In this document: in pieces, positions 9,316 through 16,210 of the stretch
How positions within the stretch are numbered: position 1 is the first letter of the stretch
Layout of the letters: each line of letters starts with the position of its first letter
Origin: Candidatus Thorarchaeota archaeon
GTDB taxonomy: Archaea > Asgardarchaeota > Thorarchaeia > Thorarchaeales > Thorarchaeaceae
Reading direction: 5' to 3'
Assembly (NCBI GenBank): GCA_003345555.1
Contig: PRDJ01000057.1
Location: 75,836-107,835 of the forward strand
DNA length: 32,000 nucleotides
The notes under the pieces: generated by a model
The model's input: the letters and a program-made list of their open reading frames with translations, nothing else
Told to the model about the DNA's origin: nothing
The model's database searches: none
Translations under genes and position numbers: made by a program

Positions 9316-9702
9316 CTACTCACTCTCCGCTATCGTGGCAGCTCTGGCCTGGATGCGTTTCTTTCTTTCATCACTCAGTTCCAATTTGACAAGCATCAAA
9401 TTAGACGGGTGCAATGGTACCCTAGCTTCTTTGCCATCAGACTTGGTAGTCGAGGCACCGTCGACAAGCACGCGGATAGTGCGGTAGTCCACTCCGAGTA
9501 CCTTTCCTTCAGTGTCTCTGAACTGTCCCCTCATGATACGCACGAGGTCTCCCTTCTTCACGTTTAGAGAACGCAGCCCGTATTCTTCTCTCAGCGAATC
9601 GTCTAGCCTGCATCTGAGCATGCTTCTGTGAGCATGCTGACCGGAATCACGTACAAGGCGTCGCTGTTTGCGGGGGGACTTTGGACTAAGCTTCTTCGTC
9701 AT
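9316..9702 (-). CDS. rpl24: 50S ribosomal protein uL24
   Basis: SPRKQR, VKKGDLVRIMRGQF, PLHPSNL. Start moved to ATG at 9702 (after SD GAGGTG) to avoid overlap with rpl14. Confidence 0.95.
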   Translation of the reverse strand: MTKKLSPKSPRKQRRLVRDSGQHAHRSMLRCRLDDSLREEYGLRSLNVKKGDLVRIMRGQFRDTEGKVLGVDYRTIRVLVDGASTTKSDGKEARVPLHPSNLMLVKLELSDERKKRIQARAATIAESE

Positions 9703-9713
9703 TGTACAGCACC

Positions 9714-10136
9714 TCATACTATCTTCGACGCTATGGCTGCGACACGCGGCCACATGATCGTGACTTCTCTTGCCATGGGACCTCTAAGTTCGGAACCTTG
9801 TGGCTCACCACCCGCCTTTATCAGGACTGCCGCATTATCCTCGAATTGTATCCAGGTCCCATCGACTCTACGAAACGGTTTCTTCTGTCTGACAACTACA
9901 GCCTGCAGGACTTGTTTTCTCAGTTCCTGCTTGCCTTTCAACACAGAAACGTTGATGCGGTCGCCGACACCCGCTTTGCCAATCTTCCTCTGTTTACCCT
10001 TGTATCCTAGGACAGTTATCAACTGGAGCTCCTTCGCTCCCGAATTATCAGTACACAGAAGCGTGGCTCCGACAGGTAACCCTCTTGCGACCTTTGGAAT
10101 ATACTTCCTAATTCCTCTGGTGAGCTTCCTCGACAT
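9714..10136 (-). CDS. rpl14: 50S ribosomal protein uL14
   Basis: DNSGAKEL, FEDNAAVL, GPMAREV. Confidence 0.98.
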   Translation of the reverse strand: MSRKLTRGIRKYIPKVARGLPVGATLLCTDNSGAKELQLITVLGYKGKQRKIGKAGVGDRINVSVLKGKQELRKQVLQAVVVRQKKPFRRVDGTWIQFEDNAAVLIKAGGEPQGSELRGPMAREVTIMWPRVAAIASKIV

Positions 10137-10139
10137 TGC

Positions 10140-10505
10140 TTAACCCTCCTGATTCGTTGCAGGACGTTTCACCGATATCACGACACTCTTGACGGTCTTG
10201 CTTATCGGGCGGCACTCGGCCACTCTGACTGTGTCGCCTTCATTGACCTCCATGCAAGGAGGCAAGTGAGCATGTTTGTTTGACTTCCTCCTCTCGTATC
10301 GTGAATACTTGTCGACGAGGCTTAGGTAGTCCTGCCTGAATGCTATTGCGCCATGCATTTTCGTGCTCGTGACAATTCCTTGCATGACCCGGCCTCTGAC
10401 AGGGAGGCTTCCGTGGAACGGACAATTGGGATCAGTGCAGGTTTTCTTCGGGGGCTCCACTCCGGGAACGCCGATATCACGCACCTTGTCCTTGGTCTTG
10501 CGCAT
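10140..10505 (-). CDS. rps17: 30S ribosomal protein uS17
   Basis: CTDPNCPFHGSLPVRG, KYSRYERR, ECRPISKT. Confidence 0.98.
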   Translation of the reverse strand: MRKTKDKVRDIGVPGVEPPKKTCTDPNCPFHGSLPVRGRVMQGIVTSTKMHGAIAFRQDYLSLVDKYSRYERRKSNKHAHLPPCMEVNEGDTVRVAECRPISKTVKSVVISVKRPATNQEG

Positions 10506-10507
10506 CT

Positions 10508-10789
10508 CTAGTGCCTCCTCAGAGACTTCTTGAGTCTATCTTCCGGGCGTCCGGTCAGCAATCGCCCATCAACATGCACGAACTCACCATTCGGTAGTCT
10601 GAAACTGAAGACACAAGCTCTCTTTGGAACGGTAATCTCTCGATTGGCCGTGGCCAGTCGGAGAGTCTCCTTGGACTCATCGATTATCGTACCATCTCTG
10701 CATACCAAACTCGGATCACGCGCTTCGACAACGTGAGCGCTCATTCCGATAAGCTCGTGCCTGACCAAGTTCGAGAGAGTGGCTTTCAT
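10508..10789 (-). CDS. rnp1: RNase P protein component 1 (Rpp29/POP4)
   Basis: RHELIG, GTIIDESKET, VPKRACVF, GRPEDRLKK; canonical position. Confidence 0.95.
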   Translation of the reverse strand: MKATLSNLVRHELIGMSAHVVEARDPSLVCRDGTIIDESKETLRLATANREITVPKRACVFSFRLPNGEFVHVDGRLLTGRPEDRLKKSLRRH

Positions 10790-10998
10790 TTAGAGCCCTC
10801 CAGTTCAATTTCATGTTCTATCGTAAGCACGCGGGCTATTGCTTTCCTGACACCTTTGATCTTGTGAGGATTCTGAGTTCCTCCACCTGTTGCGAGTTCA
10901 ATCCGAGCATTCGTGAGTTCGTTATAGAGCTCCTGAAGCTTCTTTTGTCGCTCAGGTGGGGTAAGCTTCCTAATGTCAGCGGACTTCAATCGGGCCAA
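10786..10998 (-). CDS. rpl29: 50S ribosomal protein uL29
   Basis: KLQELYNEL, IKGVRKAIARVLT; TTG start. Confidence 0.95.
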   Translation of the reverse strand: MARLKSADIRKLTPPERQKKLQELYNELTNARIELATGGGTQNPHKIKGVRKAIARVLTIEHEIELEGSK

Positions 10999-11001
10999 TT
11001 T

Positions 11002-11913
11002 CTACATCTCCTCGTCGGTCTCGTCAAGTTCATCTGATGGCCCAGCTTCCTTACTGCCTTCTTCACCTTGGGCCGTTCGGCTCTCAGGAGCGGATGGGCT
11101 CTCTCGTTCAGTCTTCTGTCGGGCTTTCTTCGGTCCAGTCTCCTCGACTAGGTCAAGTGCATCGAGTTCCTCGAGTTCACGAAGTTCCTCAATGTCTGTG
11201 ATTCCCTCAAGGCTCTCTCCGACTTCCTCTGCTGCAGCTTCCGCTGTTACCGCCTCAGGCACTTCCTCGACGCCCTCGGCCTCCCTGGAAACCTCGACTA
11301 CACCGGCTTTCTTTGGCTTTGCCTTCTTGACATGAATGACTCCCGGAATCTTTGCATCCGGTCGCATTATCTTCACTTGGACTCCGATTGTGCCTGGCTT
11401 GAGCACTGCGAAGTCACATGCCTTATCGACGAAGAGATCTGCAGGCTGTCCGGTCTTTGCGATGGTGGCTTCTCTGAACTTCTGGTACCTTGCTCGTCTA
11501 CTTCCCAGCTTTCCTTTCACGATTATCTCACACCCGTACGCTCCCGCGCGCATCACGCGTCTTAATATCCAGTAAGCCATTCTGCGGTAACGTACACCAT
11601 GTTCAAGCTGTCTGGCGAGCTTCGAAGCCATAACAGGGGCACTAAGCCAAGGATTCTCTATCTCAACTACTTCTACCTGAACGTTCTGGATTCCGTATTC
11701 GTTCTCGAGCGCATAGGTGAGGTCCCTGATTTTTGCACCACGGCGCCCTATGACAACGCCAGGTCTGGAGGCCTGAATGACAACCTCGGTTCTCATGGGC
11801 ATCTTTCTGATTTCGACGCCGCCATAACCTGCTGCGTTGAGTTCCTTGGATAAGAACTCATCAACTCGCAGCTTGCGCATGTTCTGTTCGATGAAGTACT
11901 TCACTGCGGACAC
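11002..11913 (-). CDS. rps3: 30S ribosomal protein uS3 with long acidic C-terminal tail
   Basis: RPGVVIGRRG, GCEIIVKGKL, GTIGVQVKI; GTG start. Confidence 0.97.
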   Translation of the reverse strand: MSAVKYFIEQNMRKLRVDEFLSKELNAAGYGGVEIRKMPMRTEVVIQASRPGVVIGRRGAKIRDLTYALENEYGIQNVQVEVVEIENPWLSAPVMASKLARQLEHGVRYRRMAYWILRRVMRAGAYGCEIIVKGKLGSRRARYQKFREATIAKTGQPADLFVDKACDFAVLKPGTIGVQVKIMRPDAKIPGVIHVKKAKPKKAGVVEVSREAEGVEEVPEAVTAEAAAEEVGESLEGITDIEELRELEELDALDLVEETGPKKARQKTERESPSAPESRTAQGEEGSKEAGPSDELDETDEEM

Positions 11914-12378
11914 TTAACCCACCTCCTCCAGAACGATCTCTATGTGAGATGTATCCTCATTATAGGCTGTGCTTCTTCCAAACGCCCTTGGAATGAATTT
12001 CTTGTAGGTCCTTCCTCTCTGCGTCGCTGCATGAACAATCTTGAGCCTGTCGATATCAAGACCCTTATTGTCGGCATTGCTCTCTGCGTTCTTCAGTACT
12101 TTGAGAATCTGCTGCGATGCGTTAACTGGATGTCCTCCGGAAGGCCATTTCTTCATTCCTGCATGATGTGGTCTCTGCTTCCGATGACGCTTGTAAGGAA
12201 GCCACGTCTTTTCTTCGATTACGCTCTCGAGCAGCTTGGTTGCCTTGTCGAGCATCATGCCCCGGATAGCATTGCATATCTCCCTAGAGTGCTTGGGAGA
12301 GCACCGCATATTCCTGCCACTGGCTATCGCTGTCTTGTCGGGGTCTATCCCGAGTACGGAATATCCGTATGTTGGAAT
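11914..12378 (-). CDS. rpl22: 50S ribosomal protein uL22, predicted AUU start
   Basis: SPKHSREIC, GMMLDKA, SHIEIVLEE. The conserved N-terminus (I)PTYGYSVLGIDPDKTAIASGRN extends 23 codons upstream of the track ATG to an ATT at 12378, with an in-frame TGA 3 codons further up. Confidence 0.93.
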   Translation of the reverse strand: MPTYGYSVLGIDPDKTAIASGRNMRCSPKHSREICNAIRGMMLDKATKLLESVIEEKTWLPYKRHRKQRPHHAGMKKWPSGGHPVNASQQILKVLKNAESNADNKGLDIDRLKIVHAATQRGRTYKKFIPRAFGRSTAYNEDTSHIEIVLEEVG

Positions 12379-12598
12379 CTTGCCTCACTTCCGGTGTGAT
12401 TGTTATCCTGTGGGCACATTGACATCCGTCATGTGCTGTATCCGCTCGTCTTGGTGGTTTCAACGGCCACTCCAAGACCTCACTGGCACACGTCTACAGA
12501 CCGTTCGCGCGAGCAGAACGAGAGGCCTGCACTGGCTCCAAGGTCTCGAAACAGTCGTTATCCCGAGAGCGACTTGTCGCTTCCGGTCGAGTTTATCT

Positions 12599-12607
12599 TT
12601 TAAAGAT
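12599..12607 (-). promoter_or_regulatory. Putative TATA box (ATCTTTAAA) of the rpl22 operon
   Basis: The main AT-rich element in the 313-bp gap upstream of rpl22; part of the dyad ATCTTT-T-AAAGAT. Confidence 0.55.
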
Positions 12608-12691
12608 TACCAATTATCACACTTGCCCTATGTCTTTGGTATGTTCCTACGGGCAGGCAGGCCAAACGAACAACAGTGAGTGCACAAACCT

Positions 12692-13084
12692 TCATGGATT
12701 GTCGCCGAATTCGTGTGTGACACGCCTTAGGGCAGCCGCCGTTACCGAGTCGTCAATCAAATCAACACCCGACTGGGTCAAGGTCGCTCTCACAAAGTGA
12801 GTCCCAGTGGATAGCACATCGACAAGGCCTCGTTCCTTCAGTTTCAGGAGACTGGCCAGAATGATCTGTGTCAATTCGTCGTCTGTCATTTCGAACCCCT
12901 TGCCCGGAGTCTGAAGTGTCTCGCACATCCTCAGGACAGCTTTTGTGCTGCTCAGAAAACGCCGATTGCTGTCATAGGGATTTGTGTGCAACCAGAGAAG
13001 CACAATGAGATCGATAACGCTGACATTCATGTGCGGATGTCTCTCAAGTGTTCTCTTCGCAACAAGCTCGACAATCGGCATCAC
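12692..13084 (-). CDS. Hypothetical protein, winged-helix-like
   Basis: C-terminal pattern LLKLKERGLV...ATLTQSG resembles a wHTH recognition helix plus wing. GTGA overlap with the upstream ORF. Confidence 0.6.
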   Translation of the reverse strand: MMPIVELVAKRTLERHPHMNVSVIDLIVLLWLHTNPYDSNRRFLSSTKAVLRMCETLQTPGKGFEMTDDELTQIILASLLKLKERGLVDVLSTGTHFVRATLTQSGVDLIDDSVTAAALRRVTHEFGDNP

Positions 13085-13806
13085 TGCTCACCACTGCCAA
13101 CCAAGGCTACTACTCCCGGCTTGGGCTCAAAGATCAATCCGGAGTGCATCAATCTGTCCAGCGAATCCTCGACAGATGATTCCCGCACTCCCTGCGACGT
13201 AAATGTCTTCACAAGGTCCTCAACCTTACAGCTGCCGCCCGCTTTTCTCACAGCTGCTACAATATCCCTTCTGATGTCGGTCTTGCCTTTCACTTTCTCT
13301 GCCGTAGGTCCAGCAGATGGCACCATCTGGATAGTCCACGGACGTGGGAAAACAAGCAGACCATTCTCAGCTAGCCTCGATAGCTGCTCTTCAACCCAAG
13401 GCCAGTCTAGCCTATGCTGTCCACAGAGTTCGGCTATCCTGTCGAGCGAGCAGGGCTTATCCTTTGCTTCTCTCTCAAGAAGCTCCAACAATCTTTTCCT
13501 CTTTCCGGGTGGAGGCACTTCCTCTGTCTGAGAGGAAACCTCCTCGACTGTCAATGTCTCATTGGGCATGAGTGCCCGGAGCCTCTCCTTTGATTTTTCG
13601 ACCGCTAGCTGGAATTCATTGTCACGCTTCGCATTGAATTCTCTCACTGCAGCTGAGGCAGCGTCAGGGCTATCGAAGACAGCGCAGGATGCTTCTGTAA
13701 TGTCAATAATCCTGCCGCAGTAGCTGCACCGTCGGTGTTTCTGACCGGCCGGGGCATTTGTGAAATTCCTGCATTGTGGACAAGCGAAGACGAGGTATGA
13801 TGTCAA
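13081..13806 (-). CDS. Zn-ribbon (DUF1922-like) protein with two C-terminal winged-helix domains
   Basis: CPQC...CSYC; two repeats of L.RL...GL...P (LSRLAENGLLVFPRP and LDRLMHSGLIFEPKP). Confidence 0.7.
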   Translation of the reverse strand: MTSYLVFACPQCRNFTNAPAGQKHRRCSYCGRIIDITEASCAVFDSPDAASAAVREFNAKRDNEFQLAVEKSKERLRALMPNETLTVEEVSSQTEEVPPPGKRKRLLELLEREAKDKPCSLDRIAELCGQHRLDWPWVEEQLSRLAENGLLVFPRPWTIQMVPSAGPTAEKVKGKTDIRRDIVAAVRKAGGSCKVEDLVKTFTSQGVRESSVEDSLDRLMHSGLIFEPKPGVVALVGSGEQ

Positions 13807-13910
13807 TGGTCAAGCACCATCTTCTGTCTTCATATCGTTCGTTCGCTATTTAACGCATGCTCTCCGAGAACACATGAATACGATTATATCACAACTTCCG
13901 GAAATCTGAC

Positions 13911-14141
13911 ATGCGAGCTCTCATGCCAAAGAAAGTCAAGCGAATCGTCATTGACCCGAAATTGTGCAAGGGTTGTCACGAATGTATTTTCGTGTGTCCG
14001 CAGAAGGTCCTTGCGGAATCGAAGAAGGTTGACAACAGAGGCTATGTGCTCCCGGTCGTTGTAGATTTAGAAGCCTGCAAAGCATGCAAGTTGTGTGAGC
14101 TCGAATGTCCTGATTTTGCGATTACGGTAGTTACTGATTGA
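13911..14141 (+). CDS. 2x[4Fe-4S] ferredoxin (2-oxoacid:ferredoxin oxidoreductase delta/KorD-like)
   Basis: CKGCHECIFVCP and CKACKLCELECPDFAI; start may be the second Met (MPKK). Confidence 0.9.
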   Translation: MRALMPKKVKRIVIDPKLCKGCHECIFVCPQKVLAESKKVDNRGYVLPVVVDLEACKACKLCELECPDFAITVVTD

Positions 14142-14269
14142 CTCAGGCATGCTCAATGCCGCGTGCTCTGGACATCTTTGGATGGCACGCACTCATTTGC
14201 GGGAAGTTCAATAATACACAAGAAGATATATTGTTGAACAGAAATGAGAGGACCGCTTGGTCAAGTCTG

Positions 14270-14863
14270 ATGGTGTTAGAGTTGGAAGACCCGAGGATAC
14301 GAACGCTGCTCGATCTCAGAAAAGAGCTTGATGAAGAACTTGAGCGGCTAAAAGAAAGAATCGAAAAACTGGAGGCATATATACAGGCACTTGATGCATC
14401 AATTGGTGCCACCAGCTTTGCGACAGCGGATACTGCTCTTGGCAGGCCGACTGAAGTAGCGAGACCCATAGCGAAGGGCCCGGCGGCCGCTCCTGCAACA
14501 GCCCCTGAGCAGCCTCGGTCGATGCTGATAATGAACAAGGCTCGAGACTTGGAGCTTGCCACGATAGAAATCCAAGATCGTGATTTGAGAATAGTGCCAG
14601 CTCCTCATGCCTCGTACGACATCAAGAGAGGCGCTTTTGCCCGATTCTTCGTTGAAAGAATCTTGGGTTTGTTTCAGCAGGAGGACAGGCACAGGGTCGA
14701 AAACGAGGAAATCGAATGGGATGATGCGTTTGATTTCGAGGTACGGGTTCAGGACGGAATCCTGCAAGAGGTCGTTGTCAAGAACTATGGTGGTGAGACC
14801 CGTCTCACCGAGATTGAACGTGCGCTAAGATGGGCTCTTGAAAAGACATATCGGGCAAGGTAG
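14270..14863 (+). CDS. Conserved hypothetical protein (N-terminal coiled coil, low-complexity linker, globular C-domain)
   Basis: LRKELDEELERLKERIEKLEAYIQALD heptads; start moved to ATG at 14270. Confidence 0.7.
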   Translation: MVLELEDPRIRTLLDLRKELDEELERLKERIEKLEAYIQALDASIGATSFATADTALGRPTEVARPIAKGPAAAPATAPEQPRSMLIMNKARDLELATIEIQDRDLRIVPAPHASYDIKRGAFARFFVERILGLFQQEDRHRVENEEIEWDDAFDFEVRVQDGILQEVVVKNYGGETRLTEIERALRWALEKTYRAR

Positions 14864-14906
14864 AGCCCCAAAACGCGCGCAATGTCCACGCCTCTATTTC
14901 TCGTGC

Positions 14907-14920
14907 AAAAGCAATATAAC
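14907..14920 (+). promoter_or_regulatory. Putative BRE/TATA (AAAAGCAATATAAC)
   Basis: A-rich run plus TATA-like element about 60 nt upstream of the 14979 ATG; AGGAG SD downstream. Confidence 0.4.
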
Positions 14921-14978
14921 CGAGTGCATGCCCTGCTTCTGACCAGCAGGCGCCCTAGCTCTTAGGAGACTGTGCTTC

Positions 14979-15602
14979 ATGCTGGAGAGCAAGAACGAGA
15001 GCCTGATGGTTAACCCTCAGGTAGTTGTCAGCCAAGTAAGAGAAGCACACGGTTTCTATGGCGAAAACAAGGTTGATGAACGGTATGAACTGATGGCGCT
15101 TGACGTGTTGCGCAGATATGTTTCCAAGGAGGGCGTGGCACATGAACCAGAACCCCTGTTCGGGGCTGCTTTGTACATTGTAACACGTCACCCTTGGAGC
15201 CACCCAAATCCCCTCACGAAAACAGAGTTTGCAGCGAAACTGCGCATGAAAGAATCAAGTCTCGAGTGGTATACGGAGAGTATCGTCGACAAGCTTGGCT
15301 TTGTGATTCTTCGTGACAAGGGGCAGCTTCCATTCTACATCGATTCAGATGGAACAATCGCCAATGTACTGAACTCGGTTGTTCGAACCAGCGTGAATGA
15401 GGAGGTTGTGAGAAGCATAGTCAAAGGCAGTGTGGTGTCGCCTCATGAGCTGGCAGAACGTATTGTGGATCGGCTGTGCAGTGTTGTGAAGATTATTCCT
15501 CCGGTGTTTGAGCAGGATCTGTATGCTCATGTTGAGAAGAGGATTGAGGAGGAAAGCAAGAGACTCCTGCAAGAGCTCGGCGTCCATCGTCCGCTGCGAT
15601 AG
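14979..15602 (+). CDS. Hypothetical protein with one cyclin/TFIIB-like repeat
   Basis: LFGAALYIVTR...PLTKTEFAAKLRMKESSLEWYTESIVDKLG aligns by eye to TFB repeat 2 in this window (LAAAAIYVAS...RTQREIAEVARVTEVTVRNRYKEIVRVLG). Confidence 0.7.
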   Translation: MLESKNESLMVNPQVVVSQVREAHGFYGENKVDERYELMALDVLRRYVSKEGVAHEPEPLFGAALYIVTRHPWSHPNPLTKTEFAAKLRMKESSLEWYTESIVDKLGFVILRDKGQLPFYIDSDGTIANVLNSVVRTSVNEEVVRSIVKGSVVSPHELAERIVDRLCSVVKIIPPVFEQDLYAHVEKRIEEESKRLLQELGVHRPLR

Positions 15603-15825
15603 GTAAAGGTTACTAGCGTTTTGATGAGGTTTCCATGAATGGAAACGAGCGGGACAGTGCCGAGTTGTGGCGATGCCAACCCATCCGCGATTATGAGTTT
15701 CTGGCGGGCGCGCTCTGCGAATAGAGTTCGCTTTCTTCCCGAACACTTATAATGCAATCCGCTCTCAACCATGTCGACCTCAATCCGAGGCAGTCGCCGG
15801 GAAGCGAACAAGAAGGGATGCAGAA

Positions 15826-16143
15826 GTGAAGCAGGCTCGGCTCACAGATCGTGGGGTTGCATCTAATTCCGATAACCAACCAATCCCTAGGGATAAGAGG
15901 ACCGTCAACTCTTCCACTCGTTTTACCGACATTGACGGCAAAGACTGCTGGAACAACCCGCTTTGGCCATATCTGGTTGAGGCCACTAAGAGGAACCCGC
16001 TGTATTCTGGTTGGATTGGATATGCCCGTGAAAAGGTGCTTCCAACCGAACCGGACATAACTGCGAGACAACTCGCCAGCATGCTCTCCATATCTGTTGG
16101 CGAAGCCTTGGTCTTGCTTCATGATGCACGACAGAGCAAGTGA
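15826..16143 (+). CDS. Small hypothetical protein, possible C-terminal HTH; start uncertain
   Basis: ITARQLASMLSISVGEALVLL is HTH-like; the N-terminal third looks unstructured. Confidence 0.45.
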   Translation: MKQARLTDRGVASNSDNQPIPRDKRTVNSSTRFTDIDGKDCWNNPLWPYLVEATKRNPLYSGWIGYAREKVLPTEPDITARQLASMLSISVGEALVLLHDARQSK

Positions 16144-16210
16144 CTATTTCCAATCCGTGCATATTATGCAAGCTTTATGAATAGACCCCCATCCTCTACT
16201 CTAGGCTCTA

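Noticed and set aside
9703-9753. N-terminal extension of uL24 in the track
   Set aside because: It overlaps the rpl14 3' end, and the SD supports ATG at 9702.
351-12399. Many plus-strand and alternate-frame ORFs over the ribosomal operon
   Set aside because: Antisense or shadow ORFs of well-supported genes with no recognisable motifs.
12284-12475. 63-aa minus-strand ORF in the rpl22 leader, considered as rps19 or a frameshift partner supplying a start for rpl22
   Set aside because: No uS19 motifs, it overlaps rpl22 out of frame, and no slippery sequence is evident at the junction.
14138-14269. N-terminal extension of the coiled-coil ORF
   Set aside because: It looks non-coding (AT-rich, promoter-like). 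The coiled coil begins after ATG at 14270.
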